NCBI GenBank assembly: GCA_951406725.2
Contig: OX597824.1
Location: forward strand, 91,264,001 to 91,328,000
Origin: Octopus vulgaris
Lineage: Eukaryota
Length of the DNA: 64,000 nucleotides
Direction: 5' to 3'
Each line of letters starts with the position of its first letter. Position 1 is the stretch's first letter. Below the pieces are notes generated by a model, which worked only from the letters and a program-made list of their open reading frames with translations, had not been told where the DNA came from and did no database searches. Both the position numbers and the translations under genes were made by a program. Shown piece after piece: positions 1-14,961 of this stretch.

Positions 1-226
1 TGAGTAAGTTGAGAAAGTAAAATATTTGAAAGATCAGTCATAAATATCAGGCAGTGACAACGGAAAGGTCTGCTTCAAGGCAGAAAGCAAAACGCTAACA
101 TTTAAAAGGGACAGACGAACTTGCGAGCTGAATAAAAATTAAAAAAATATTGGAAACCAAAGTTTGAAGGGATAAAATCTGGGTGTGCGTGTGTGTGCGC
201 GCTCGCATGTATGTGTGTGCTGATAC

Positions 227-286
227 TGATGATGATGATGATGATGATGGAGATGGTGATGATGATGATGATGATGATGGAGATGG

Positions 287-374
<88 letters not shown>

Positions 375-436
375 GATGATGATGATGGCGTTGACGATCA
401 CGAGGATGATGATGATGGATGATGATGATGATTATG

Positions 437-468
<32 letters not shown>

Positions 469-503
469 GATGACGATGACGATGACGATGTTGATGATGA
501 CGA
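227..503. repeat. (GAT)n microsatellite
   Basis: Direct reading; it explains the poly-D/M/H/I ORFs. Confidence 0.97.
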
Positions 504-773
504 CTGTAATGAAGAGTGTGTGTTTGCGCGTGTGTGTGCGCTGCCACTTTAGCCTGGGTGTGGTTCCCGATACGTTGTTACTAAACACCTCACCTTTCGT
601 TAGAACACCGTAACAATATACTGCTTCTTGTGGCACGGCTAGGCTTATATTAATGGTCATGGTGGTGGTGGTCATGGTGGTGGTGGTGGTGATGGTTGAG
701 GTGATGATGATAAGCGGTATAAAGAGCAGCAGTAGTAGCAGTGGCAGCAGCTGTAACAACATCGTCGTCGTCG

Positions 774-805
<32 letters not shown>

Positions 806-870
806 TTCATCATCATCTTCTTTTCATGTTGCTATGGTACCGACAATGATAACAATATTGATAGAACTCA

Positions 871-1190
871 GGCACTCCGTCGGTTACGACGACGAGGGTT
901 CCAGTTGATCCGATCAACGGAGCTGACAGCTCGGGAAACTTACGTGCAAAGTGGTTGAGTATTCCACAGATGCACCTGCACTAAATGTAGTTCTCAGGGA
1001 GACTCAGCGTGACACAGAATGTGACACAGTTGGCCTTTTTGAATTATAGATACAACTAATTTTTGCCAGCTGAGTGGACTGAAGCAACGTGAAACACAGT
1101 GCCTTGGTCAAAGACACAGCGCCCCGCCGGGTATCAAACCCACGACTATATAATCGTGAGCTAACCACCCTAACAACTAAGTGACGCGAC
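871..1190 (-). mobile_element. tRNA-derived SINE (CORE-like body; 3' tail shared with the SINE at 46862-47239)
   Basis: The minus strand has a decayed tRNA-like head (B-box-like GGTTTGATACC). It ends in ...GGATCAACTGGAACCCTCGTCGTCGTAACCGACGGAGTGCC, as at 47195-47239. Confidence 0.75.
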
Positions 1191-1311
1191 TCGAATATCA
1201 GTGGAAATATTTGGGGATGCTAAATTTTTTGTATGTATGCATATATGTATATATATGTATGGATATATATATATATATGTATGTATGGATATATATATGC
1301 ATGTATGTGTA

Positions 1312-1383
<72 letters not shown>

Positions 1384-1409
1384 TATTGGGTTGGCAACTA
1401 AGTTCCCGC

Positions 1410-1505
1410 CATTTTTTTCTGCTGATATACCCTCCAGCCTTCATCAGGTGTCTTGGTGAAATTTCGTACCTGGGTTCTCATTCTTAAGGTATTTTGCGAT
1501 GTTGT

Positions 1506-1567
<62 letters not shown>

Positions 1568-1571
1568 TTAC

Positions 1572-1630
<59 letters not shown>

Positions 1631-1703
1631 TCACTGTCTGGAATCGAACTCGGAATCTTGGGCTTAGTAGCCCGCGCTCTTACCCACTAAGCCATTTGCA
1701 AAT
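1410..1703 (-). mobile_element. tRNA-headed, hammerhead-bearing SINE-like element (3'-truncated copy)
   Basis: Minus strand: A box TGGCTTAGTGG, B box GTTCGATTC, (AAT)n(AGT)n, then GACAC-CTGATGA-A-GGCTG-(10 nt)-CAGC(A)-GAAA. Homologous to 26086-26425. Confidence 0.75.
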
Positions 1704-2145
1704 ATGGAACACATAGGATGTTGTAAAAGAGCTCACACCTGTCACCTGACTTCACCGTTTTGGGATAGTAACGTGTCAGTGGAAGACAGGCTCGACGACG
1801 ATCAAGCTGCTAATGAGGGCTTCGACAAAAGCACATTATGCAGGCCCATTTCGGAGGGTTTTCAAGTCACGTATTATGAATAGCTTGCCAAAATCGTTGG
1901 CCTCGTTGGGATACAGAGCGTTATATCAACGTATGTGTAACTGTATAGATACGCCTGTACGAACAGAAAAAGTGTCCTCAATGTGGTTGAGCAAGAGATA
2001 GTGTTTGGCACGCACTCAAATACCCGTATCTTGCCTACATTTATACCTGTGGTTCTCAACCGAGGTCCGTGTGAGCGTTGAGGATCCGCATAAGATTTCA
2101 TTGCTAAATAAATCCGTCATACTTCTACAAAACACAAGATATTTT

Positions 2146-2348
2146 TTTATTTGTTTCAGTCATCTGACTGCGGTCATGCTGGAGCACCGCCTTTAGTCGA
2201 ACAAATCGACTCCAGGACTTGTTCTTTGAAAGCCTAGTACGTATTGTATCGGTTCTCTTTTGCCGAAGCGCTAAGTTACCGGGATGTAAACACAAACATC
2301 GGTTGTCAAGTGATGGTGGGGAGACAAACACAGAATACAAATACACAT

Positions 2349-2434
<86 letters not shown>

Positions 2435-2508
2435 CTTCTTTCAGTTTTTGTGTCTACGAAATCCACTTACAAGGCTTTGGTCGTTCCGAGGCTATAGAAG
2501 AAGACACT
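2146..2508 (-). mobile_element. SINE family A (internal microsatellite, CR1-type tail), 5'-truncated
   Basis: Reverse complement of the body and tail of 34580-35030. Confidence 0.85.
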
Positions 2509-2765
2509 AGTTTGGATAATTCACCTCTGGAAACAGGTGTTTCGTTCCTCATCCCTAAACGAACTGAAAGAAATTCTAACTGGGACCCGCACCTGCAAGG
2601 TCATGCACTGTTTATCTTGATATGAGATCACCATGTCGCGCACATGTGGTTGTGATGCATGTGACTGGTGTATCCTTATCAAACGGGTTAGTCATGAGTG
2701 GGGTGTATTGAGCTTCGTATATTTGCGCCTCGGCAGCACTTCGATGGCGTGTGCTACTCTCTCAT

Positions 2766-2798
2766 ATGATGATGACGGTGATGATGATGATGATGATT

Positions 2799-2868
<70 letters not shown>

Positions 2869-3112
2869 GGATGAGGATGATGATGATGGTGATGACGATG
2901 AGGATGATGACGATGACGATGATGATGATGATGATGATGATGACGATGATGATGATGATGATGGTGGTGATGATGATGATGAGGATGATGATGATGGTGA
3001 TGACGATGAGGATGATGACGATGACGATGATGACGATGATGACGATGATGACGATGATGACGATGACGATGATGATGATGACGATGATGACGATGACGAT
3101 GATGATGATGAC

Positions 3113-3144
<32 letters not shown>

Positions 3145-3343
3145 GGATGATGATGATGGTGATGACGATGAGGATGATGACGATGACGATGACGATGATG
3201 ATGATGATGATGACGATGATGATGATGATGATGGTGGTGATGATGATGATGATGATGATGATGATGACGATGATGACGATGATGACGATGATGACGATGA
3301 TGACGATGATGATGATGATGATGATGACGATGATGATGATGAC

Positions 3344-3375
<32 letters not shown>

Positions 3376-3443
3376 GGATGATGATGATGATGGTGGTGAT
3401 GATGATGATGATGATGACGATGATGATGATGATGATGATGATG
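2766..3443. repeat. Long (GAT/GAC/GAG)n microsatellite with higher-order repeats
   Basis: Direct reading. Confidence 0.97.
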
Positions 3444-3816
3444 CAAGTAGCCGTACTAACTATTGCCGTGTGCCGTATGACCCAACCACTTGCGTACACG
3501 CATCAAACATGTTAGCATAAACTTAACAATCGGATTTTATCCATGCAGATGGTACTCTTGAGTAATTAACCTCAGCGGTTTGTGTGTTTGGTTTTTTTTT
3601 TTTTTTGTCATTTAGAGAGTAAGGTCGGTTGAGTGGTGGTGAGTTCGATGACTCAACTCTCCAGTTTCGTTTTTCGTTTTTAACTGACGCAGAGCAGGGA
3701 GGAACCAGTCGCCTTTTGTGTTGAACAGGCGGGCACTTTTTTTTGTTTTTTGCTTTTTCGTTTGGGATTATATAATTGCAGTTTGTTGTGTCTTGGGAGA
3801 GTCATGGTTCTACGCC

Positions 3817-4670
3817 TCTCTTTCTCCTTCCTTCCCTCCCTCTCACTCTCTCCCCCTCCCTCCCTCCCTCTGCTTATGACTCTGACTCTGTCTGTTTTTC
3901 TCTCTCTCTCTCTCTTCTCTCTGTCTTCTATCTCTGTCTGTCTCTCTTTCTCTGTTTGCCTATCTCTATTTATGCCTGTCTCTCTGTTTCTCTCTCTCTC
4001 TGTTTCTCTCTCTCTCTGTTTCTCTCTCTCTCTTTCTCTCTCTCTCTGTTTCTCTCTTTCTGTTTCTCTCTCTGTCTTTCTCTCTCTCTCTGTTTCTCTC
4101 TCTGTCTTTCTTTCTCTCTCTGTTTCTCTCTTGCTTTATTTCTCTCGCTCTCTCTCTGTTTCTCTGTCTATCTACCTCTACTGTCTCTCTCTCTCTATGT
4201 CTTTCTCTCTATCCCTCTCCTTCTTCTATCTCTCTTTCTCTCTCTTTCTCTACCTTTCTTTATCTCTTCCAATTTTTCTCTCACTCACTCTCTCTCTCTA
4301 TGTATGCTCCTCTCTCTTCCTCCTCCTTTCTCTCCCCCTCTCTCTCTCTCTGTTCCCCCTCTCCCACACTCGTTTCCCTCATCTCACTCTCTTCATCTCT
4401 TTCCTCTCTCTCTCCGTTTCCCTCTCCCTTCCCTTTCTCCCTACCTCTTTCTTCTTCACCATCGCACTCTCCCACCCTCTCTGTCAGTCTATCTGTCTGT
4501 CTGTCTCTGTCTCTCTCCTCCTCTCCCTCTCTCTCCTCCTCTCCCTCTCTCTCCTCCTCTCCCTCTCTCTCCTCCTCTCCCTCTCTCTCCTCCTCTCCCT
4601 CTCTCTCCTCCTCTCCCTCTCTCTCCTCCTCTCCCTCTCTCTCCTCCTCCCCCCCTCTCTCTCTCTCTCT
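3817..4670. repeat. Polypyrimidine (CT)-rich tract ending in an 18-bp minisatellite (CTCTCTCCTCCTCTCCCT)n
   Basis: Direct reading. Confidence 0.93.
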
Positions 4671-5024
4671 CGCGGGAAACAAGGAGCGGAATATAGTTTG
4701 TTCACATTACTGACATCATTATTTGGGTTTTTCTTGAATTTAATTTAACGCTTTAAAAAAATAAAAATAATCGGATACTTAAAAAAAAACAAAAATAAAA
4801 AGAATGGTCGCTTATAGCACTCCCGCTGTTTGTAATTCTGTTTTATTTCATTTCCTTTTATTTTATTTTATTTACGAAATATTTCCTTCGGGGGTCTTGT
4901 GACAATTAAAGAATAACATTATTTATTATTATCACCAAATGTAACAACAACATCAACAATAACAACAAAAACAAGAACAATAAAAACAATAACAACAACA
5001 AAAAGAAAACCTGCAACAGATGCT

Positions 5025-5185
5025 GGCGTGGCCGTGTGGTAAGAAGTTTGTTTCGCGACCATATTGTGCCGGGTTCAGTCCCACCGTGTGGCACCTTAGG
5101 TTAGTGACTTTTACTATAGCCTAGAGCTGACCAAAACTTTGTCAGTGGATATGGTAGACGGAAACTGAAAAGAAGCCCGTCGTAT
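5025..5185 (+). mobile_element. SINE family A 5' half
   Basis: GGCCGTGTGGTAAGAAG...GGGTTCAGTCCC...GGTAGACGGAAACTGAAAGAAGCCCGTCG. Confidence 0.8.
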
Positions 5186-6077
5186 GTGTTTGTGTGTATG
5201 TGTTTGTGTGTATGTGTATGTGTGTGCCTGTGAATCTGTGTGTTTGTGTGGTGGGTGCGTGTATGTGAGGGTTTGTGTGTAAGTGTCTGTGTTTGTGTGT
5301 GTGTATTTGTGTGTATGTGTGTGTGTGTTTGTGTGTGTGAAAGACGCTGTCGATCTCGACTGCTTTTTAACATATTTAATTTAATTTAGGTTCAGGGATA
5401 GTAATTTTATGAAGGGCCGGGTTAACTGATTACATCGAACCCCTACACTCGACTGCTACGTTATTTTGTCGATCTCAGGGTTGAAAGGCTCAGTTAGTCT
5501 CGGTGGGATTTGAACTCACAGAGTAACAGTAGTAATCATAATTTGTTGTTGCTGTTGTTGTTTAACCCCAGGTCAGTCCTGATCGAGCAGACGTATGGAT
5601 TTTAAAGTAATTCCATTTATGACCACCCTGTATTATACTTATGTACGGATCATCATCATCATCGTCATCATTATCACCGTTATCATCATTCTTATCATAA
5701 TCGTTGTCGTCAGCGTCATCGCTATTGCTTATACCATCATCATCATCATCGTCATCATCAACTTCAACAACCACCGCCATCAACGTCGTCCACAGTAGCA
5801 ACAGTGTCATTAACACCCGCAAAACGTTTCCTTCCACCGCCCTGCCACGCCCCGCCCCGCCACACCCATTCCTTCCTCCTCCACGCCACCCCCCTCTTCT
5901 CAATTTCATCCCATTAAAAAAAAAATCCCAGACACCCAAACCAAACACCACAACTGGCAGTTCATTGCCTGAAACACGACACCTTCCTCACGTCTCAATA
6001 GCTTCCTCCTCCTCCTCCTCCTCCCTCTTCCTCCTCCTCCTCGTTCCCTCCGACCCCGCCTCCTTCTCCTCCCTTAT

Positions 6078-6152
<75 letters not shown>

Positions 6153-6256
6153 CATCCATCTATTCATGTGTCTACCTGTCTCTCTCCCTCTCTCTCTCTC
6201 TCTCTATCTATCTATATATCGATCTATCTATCTATCTGTCTATCTCCATCTCTCCC

Positions 6257-6302
<46 letters not shown>

Positions 6303-6391
6303 GATCTATCTCCCTCTCTCCCTCTCTCCCTCTCTCCCTCTCTCCCTCTCTCTCTATCTATCTATCTATCTAACTATCTCACTCACTTCTC

Positions 6392-6434
<43 letters not shown>

Positions 6435-6721
6435 CTCCCTTTCTCTCTCTCCTATTCTCCCCTCTCCCCGCCACATCCCCACTATTTCTCACTTCTTCCA
6501 ATTAGTAACCCCATATACACAACAATTCCTATAACTTTGCTCCTTCCCAAACTGCTTGAAACCGAAAGCAACGAATCTACGTCTGTATTCCTTCGTTGGA
6601 GCCGTAGCAAGCATTGCCTATGTGTTCGTATGTCTTCCTTTGAAACTATATAGTGTTGCCTATATATACGTATGCGCATGCGCAGATACCTACATAGACA
6701 TATTCTTTTATTCGTTTATTC

Positions 6722-6933
6722 TTTTATTTGTTTCAGTCATTTGACTGCGGCCATGCTGGTGCACCGCCTTTTTAAGTCGAACAAATGGATCCCAGGACTT
6801 ATTCTTTGTAAGCCTAGTACTTTATTCTATCGGTCTCTTTTGCCGAACAGCTAATGTTACGGGGACGTAAACACACCAGCATCGATTGTCAAGCGATGGT
6901 AGGGGGACAAACACAGACACACAAACACACACA

Positions 6934-6983
<50 letters not shown>

Positions 6984-7123
6984 CGGCGGTCTTCTTTCAG
7001 TTTCCGTCTACCAAATCCACTCAGAAAACTTTGGTCGGCCAAAGTAGAAGACGCCTGCCGAAGGTGTCACGCAGTGGGACTGAACCCGGAACCATGCGGT
7101 TGGCAAGCAAGCAACTTACCACA
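6722..7123 (-). mobile_element. SINE family A, near full length
   Basis: Reverse complement of 34580-35030, including the internal (TG)n. Confidence 0.88.
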
Positions 7124-7184
7124 TGTATATGTATGTGTGTGAAAGCACATGTACAATGAGGAGGGAGAAAAAGAAGAAAGTAAA

Positions 7185-7233
<49 letters not shown>

Positions 7234-7341
7234 AATGAAGGAAGGATGGAAGGAAGAAAGAAAGGAAGAATGAAAGAAAGAAAGAAAGAAAGAAAGAAAG
7301 AAATAAGGAAAGAAGGAAGGAAGGAAGGAAGGAAGGAAGGA

Positions 7342-7389
<48 letters not shown>

Positions 7390-8212
7390 CAGTAAGAAGA
7401 AGAGAAAGAGAATGGAAAGAATGGAAACATTATCTGCTGCTTTGTTGATTTGACGTTTCTATGTCGCTACTATTCCGGTATCCGTTCACACTTCCCTGTG
7501 GGGTCCCAATATCGTGGGGTCACACGGACCCGACTTTAATAACAAATTCCATGTTTTAAGTGGTTTGACAGTTCTGTTTTTATCTTCACTGAGTGTGCAA
7601 AGGGCGCCAGTCTTCTCCGGTCGGAAGATCGTATCACGTTGCCGGTGTTGGAACGAACCCCAAAACAGGAAAATGAAACATAAGTAAAATAAGACAACAC
7701 AGGCTTGTGTGTGCTAAGGCATGGTTGTGCGCTTACGAAGGTCGCTTTGCAATCGCGTCGTTTAGAGTTCGGTCTTACTGCTCGGCATCTCGGGTAGTTG
7801 TCTTCTGGTGAGACCCTCGCACCACGCTAGCAATGAATCCTTTCTGGGTCGATAAATTAAGTACCAGTTGCGTACTGGTGTCGATGTAGTCGACTGGCTC
7901 CCTTGTGCCTAGAGTAGCAAAGAATATGCTGTCCTTGTACATGCGACCCCAAGCGGGGAAATCATTAGTCATATGTCTAATTTTAACACTGCATCAGAGA
8001 AGTGAGTGGTGTACACTTATCAGATAAGTTGTTAAGCGTACACCATGAACTTCCCTGATAATAAATTGTTAAAGATTTCTAAACAATCTGACCAAAATAA
8101 GTAACATCTGTACCTTAGATATGAAAAATCGCTTTGACGCGCGTGGCAACTGTTTGGATGATAATGAAAATTCAGTACAAACGGCATTTATTAGGTTTGA
8201 GTGGTAAGATGG

Positions 8213-8400
8213 AAAGCTGGCAGAAGCGTTAGGAGGCCGGACAAGATGCTTAACGGTATATCGCCCGTCGTTACGTTCTGAGTTCAAATTCCGCCGAGGT
8301 CGACTTTACCTTTCATAATTTAAGTACTAATTGCGTACTGGGGTCAATCTAATCGACGGGCTCCCTCCCCTAAAATTTCGGGCCTTCTGCCTAGAGTAGA
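8213..8400 (+). mobile_element. MetaSINE-like SINE monomer
   Basis: AGCTGGCAGAAGCGTTAG...GAGTTCAAATTCCGCCGAGGTCGACTTTACCTTTCAT; same family as 16121 and 21015. Confidence 0.8.
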
Positions 8401-8498
8401 GTTCAAAATCACTTCTTTCAGTCATTTGACTGTGGCCATGCTAGAGCACCGCCTTTATATATACATATGTATGTCTGTATATGTATATATAGATATAT

Positions 8499-8564
<66 letters not shown>

Positions 8565-9321
8565 ATATGTATGTATGTATGTATGTATGAATAAATGTAT
8601 GTATAGGGTGAATGTGTGTGTGTTTGATCCCACCACCACTTGAAAACCGGTGTTGGTGTGGTTGCGTCTCTGTAACTTTGACACCGACAGGCTTGAAAAT
8701 AAAATAAAAAATAAGCATTAGGGTCGACACGTTCGACTAAAATTCTCCAAGTCAGTGCCCCAGTATGACCGCAGTCTAATAACAGAAACACGAGAAAGAC
8801 AAAAAACAACCGGCTTTTTGAGTCCTAGAACTCCAGAAATATATATATAAAAAAAAAAATATCAGAAGAGGTCTCGAAAAGCTACAGTTACCCCCACTAT
8901 ACGTAAGTTCCTTTTCATTGCTTCGGGGGTAACTTAAATAGTTCAAACCACGCTTGAACGCATAAGATACATTTATGACGGCGTCGATGTTAACGCAATC
9001 AGAGATGATGGTTAGATATATCACCGTTGAAATCTCGAACAAAAACCCCCATTACGGCTTCATTGTGGCTTCATTTGTATTATACTGGCCTCTTGGAGTT
9101 TATAACCGCGCATCTCGTGTCATGGTCGGTTTATCTCCGACTCTTAAAAGCTTACACACCATCGGTTTCAGTACGATAAGCAAAGAGGCTTACTGAGTTC
9201 GTTTTTATTATGATTGTGTGTAGGTGTGTGTATCTATGTAGGTATGTAGGTATGATTCAAAAGTATACATCCAGGTATATATGTGTTCATGTCTCACTCA
9301 CTCACTCACTCACTCTCTACA

Positions 9322-9405
<84 letters not shown>

Positions 9406-9622
9406 AAATACAAAATGGGACAAGGACGCAAAACATCCGGACAACTAAGTGATACAAAAAGAGACAACAAAACATCCAGATAGACGATACAAAAAAACAA
9501 GGACGAGTCATTCGAAGCCTTTTATCCTCAGTCAAGAACCGGATCATCCTCGCAATTTCGGCTGATAAATATATATGTGTGTTTTTTATCTCATTCTGAA
9601 AAAAAATTTTATATATACTATC

Positions 9623-9674
<52 letters not shown>

Positions 9675-9676
<2 letters not shown>

Positions 9677-9900
9677 GGAGTAAACACATAAATGTGAAAC
9701 AAGGTGGAAAAAAGAGTACTCAAATACCAGTGGTAGAGTAATATGTTTTATTTAAAGCAGCAGAAAATTCAACAAAACCTGTTACTCTGAGTTTCCTGTT
9801 GCCGTTCATCGGACAGTTTTTGCTAGAATGGAACCGATATGTCAATTCTATCCAGACTATTAGTCTGGATTTGTTGAATTTTCTGCTGCTTTAAATAAAG

Positions 9901-9903
<3 letters not shown>
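9675..9903 (-). mobile_element. Short Penelope-type (pLTR-like) insertion in (TA)n with a partial inverted repeat and a degenerate hammerhead
   Basis: IR between 9741-9776 and 9869-9904. Minus strand 9779-9816 reads CTGT-CCGATGA-ACGGCAACAG-GAAA-CTCAGAG-TA-ACAG. Confidence 0.6.
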
Positions 9904-9977
<74 letters not shown>

Positions 9978-10401
9978 CTTTCTATCTGTGTTTAATCCCC
10001 CGCTCATTATCACCACCATCACCACCGCTTGACAACCGACGTCGGGTGTTGACGTTCCTGTAACGGAGCGGTTCGGCAAATTAAACCGATAAAATGAGTA
10101 CCAGTCTTATAAAGAATAAGTACTGGAGACGATATCTTCGACAAAAAAAGATGGTGCTTCAGCATGGCCGCAGTCAAATGTCGGAAACTAGTGAAGGAAA
10201 GAATAAATACAAACGTCCACACTGTAAATGATGATAATAATGATAATTATTATTATTATCATTATAAGCTTAAAATGTATAAGCTAAATAAATTAGTCTG
10301 GTATTGGCAGAAAGTAGTGGCTATTGGTACGCATATATATATATATACATATATATATACATACATATGTATAGATATTTGTGTGTGTGTGTATATATGT
10401 A

Positions 10402-10491
<90 letters not shown>

Positions 10492-10639
10492 ACATATATA
10501 TGTATATATATATATTAATATACATATATATATATATATACATATATATATACATATATATACATACATATGTATAGATATTTATGTGTGTATATATATA
10601 TATATATATACACACATATATATGTATATATATATATTA

Positions 10640-10711
<72 letters not shown>

Positions 10712-10718
10712 ATACATA

Positions 10719-10754
<36 letters not shown>

Positions 10755-10839
10755 TTTATGGGTATGTATATACATATTCATATATATACATATGTATATA
10801 TATTCATTTATTATATATATATATATGTGTGTGTGTGTG

Positions 10840-10891
<52 letters not shown>

Positions 10892-10966
10892 CAGACTCAA
10901 TTATATATTGCTTACTCAGGCAATATTTTTACGAAGTTGTGGTGGTGGTGGTGGTGGTGGTGGTAA

Positions 10967-11041
<75 letters not shown>

Positions 11042-11316
11042 CAGCAACAGTGGTAGGTATGTGTCACCTGGTGGCTAAATTAGTGACATGAGTCATACAG
11101 CCAAACCGTCTGTCACCACCAGCACCGCCGCCACCACCACCACCATCGCCACCACCATACCACCACCATACCACCACCGTCACCGGCACTGCCTTGACCT
11201 CCACGCGACACAGGCATTACCTCATCTGTAATCAATTCAGATTAAAGTGTCACTGACATCAAATCATTGTGTAATCTTCAAAAGAAATCTCGCTCATATA
11301 TCATCAAGGTCTATGC

Positions 11317-11392
<76 letters not shown>

Positions 11393-11563
11393 TATATGCA
11401 TATATGTATATGTCTCTATGGTTCTATGTTTCTGTGTTATAAAAATGTATCTGCTATAGACGCGACATAGCTACTACCAGCGACACAGTCACACTGCGCC
11501 ATACTGCCACAAATGCGCACGAAACACACGCCCACACAGCCATACTCATAGATACATAAGTTT

Positions 11564-11615
<52 letters not shown>

Positions 11616-11982
11616 TGCAGATAGATAGGTAGGTAGATGAAGAGAGAGATATGAAAGAGAGAGATAGTAGGTAGGTATGTTGATAGATATATGCACTCAC
11701 ACACACACACACACACACACATAGAGATAGATAGATATATCATATATTATATATATGTATACATATAAACAGACATACATACATACATATATATATATGT
11801 TGGTAGGTATGTTGATAGATATATGCATATATATATATATATATATATACATATATATCATATTATATGTATATGTATACAAACATACAGACATACATGC
11901 ATACATATATGTGTGTGTGTGTGTGTGTGTGTCTGTGTTTGTAAGTGTGTGTGTGTGTGTGTGTGTGTGATATGATATGCGT

Positions 11983-12160
11983 GGAGGCGCAATGGCCCAG
12001 TGGTGAGGGCAGCGGACTCGCGGTTTCGATTTCCAGATCGGGCGTTGTGTGTGTTTATTGATCGAAAACACCTAAAGCTCCACGAGGCTCCGGTAGCGGG
12101 TAGTGGTGACCCCTGATGTACTTTCGCCCCAACTTTCTCTCACTCTTTCTTCCTGTTTCT
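11983..12160 (+). mobile_element. SINE family B (tRNA-Arg-like head), 5' portion
   Basis: GGAGGCGCAATGGCCCAGTGGT..GGACTCGCGG..GGTTTCGATTTCC; matches the start of 46862-47239. Confidence 0.8.
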
Positions 12161-12317
12161 TGAATAACGCTGCTATGGACTTGGGCAGCGGTTTGAAGGT
12201 TTTAATCAAACATTGATCTCCGTACTGACTTTTGTGCCTGGTATTTATTCCTTGTCTAGCGATAATAGGGAGAAGCACAACTCAAATACATACATATACA
12301 TTATACTTACATACACT

Positions 12318-12411
<94 letters not shown>

Positions 12412-12412
12412 C

Positions 12413-12481
<69 letters not shown>

Positions 12482-13104
12482 CAGAGAGATTGAGAGAAGG
12501 AGAGAGAGAAATATATATATACGTTCATACGTATATACGCTGGTACAGAGAGAATGAAACACGAATGTTCTGGCCGAAAGGGAGTCACATACTTTTGGAG
12601 ACGTTAAATGTAGACGAAGGAAAATGAAAGCATTTTAAATGCAGTGAACTGTACTCAGACAGTTTTCAATGGATTCAGGAACAAATATTCAGAATGACCC
12701 GGGGAATTTTGGGGAATTTTGCGAGAAATATATTTACATTTAATTGTGTAGTTTATATTGTATAAGAAAAAGGAAGAGAAGTAATTGAACACAAAGCGTG
12801 TTGATTTTTAAATGTCATCTGTTCATACAAAAGCAGACGATCACAGACAAGAACACAGACACACACAGCGGAGCACACAAACACATGCAGAAGGGATATC
12901 GCCTTTGTTTGGTCAAAAGCCAATCAAACGCCAGCAAAACATTTTAGAAAAGTGTTTGTAAATAAATAAAAGGATGATTCCAATTTCAGTTTTTAAATTC
13001 ATGTATGTGTGCACGCGCTTCTGTATGTGTATATGTGTGTGTGTGACTGTGCGCGTGCGTGAGCTTGTGTGTGTGTCTGTGTTATGCAGACGATATTTTC
13101 GAAG

Positions 13105-13575
<471 letters not shown>

Positions 13576-13627
13576 AGCGAGCAAAAAGATTATCTAATTG
13601 TATATATATATGTACATATAATTTTAT

Positions 13628-14377
13628 ATGCACATTACCAAGATGGCAGCAAAGTGCAGACAACTGACAGGATGGGTAGTAAGGTCCTTCAAGACAAGAG
13701 ACCAATATGCTATGTTGACCCTGTACGGAACCTTTGTTCTTAGTCGCCCGGACTACTGCTCCCAGTTATGGTCACCACATTGTGCCAAACTAACAGCGGA
13801 GCTTGAAGCAATCCAACGCCACTACACTAAAAAGATTGAAAATGTGCAGTGGATGAGCTACAGGGATAGGCTGAGAAAACTACAGCTTTACTTCCTGGAG
13901 CAAAGGCGTGAAAGATATGCAATAATCTACATATGGAAAACTCTCGAAGGGCTAGTACCTAACTTCGGCATTGAGTGTTATACAAATGTCAGAACTGGCC
14001 GCCATTGTATTGTACCAAAGGTACTACTCACTCCATCGAAATTCGGGACCAGGTACTGCTATAGTCTAGAGTTCAAAGGCCCACAGCTCTTCAATATTCT
14101 GCCAGAAAAATTAAGAAATCTGCATAAGGTGGATGTAGATGTCTTCAAAAAGGAACAAGACATCCTCCTCTCCACAATACCGGATGAACCAACAACACGA
14201 CATGAGGTGCAGACGAGGGCAGCGGAATCAAACTCCCTTATGCACCAAATCGGCTAATAGCTGGGACAGAGGCACATATAAGAGTGGTATGAAACACCTC
14301 AGACTGAGGAAATCAGAAAGGGCCATGGTGGTGCTCCAGCATGACAAGAACCGCATGGCTGGAACGAGTAAAAAAAG
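13628..14377 (+). mobile_element. 5'-truncated CR1-group LINE: ORF2 C-terminal (post-RT) region plus 3' UTR
   Basis: ORF 13628-14257 has DYCSQLWSP..LEAIQR..TKKI..SY.DRL..LQLY.LEQRRERY.IIY.WK.LEG, typical of the CR1/L2-group ORF2 C-terminus. Confidence 0.85.
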
Positions 14378-14474
14378 TATATATATATATATGTAAGACC
14401 TGCTATGGTGTTCTCACAGAGTGATACGCACCATTCTATGCCTGACCGGCTGAACTGTAGTAGTAGTAGTAGTG

Positions 14475-14540
<66 letters not shown>

Positions 14541-14961
14541 CACGGTGTATGGATTTTCAAGGTGAGCTCTAGTTGGCTGTATGCAAATGAGTTCATTACT
14601 GGGGTCTGAAACTCTCGTGGGAAAAAAAAAAATTTTCGCTAGCCGGCCACTGCTTTCACTTGTATTAAATTTTTCCAGTATTTTCTGCAGATCTCAATAT
14701 TTGGAATATAGATTACAATTCCGAAAAAGGCTTCCGCATTTATTTAATTTAGACTTGTTTTTTTGTTCTGAAATAACAAAGATTTTGATCCGACAGAAAT
14801 GTTTTGTTAAAATTCCGAAATAATTTTCTGAACTCGGAGATGAACAAGTTACACATTTTTTACTTCGCGCATCTACGCCATATTGGGTTGCTTGCTTTTC
14901 ATTTTAACTAATTTTATGTGTCAAGCGGTAAACTCTACGATATCTCATGATACAAAGCATA

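Noticed and set aside
1806-1850. CTAATGA-GGGCTT...AGGCCC as a hammerhead
   Set aside because: The core is mutated and GAAA/stem III are absent; too weak to call.
2633-3520. 295-aa poly-Asp ORF resembling acidic biomineralisation proteins
   Set aside because: It is a (GAT)n expansion open in several frames, with no signal peptide or splice context.
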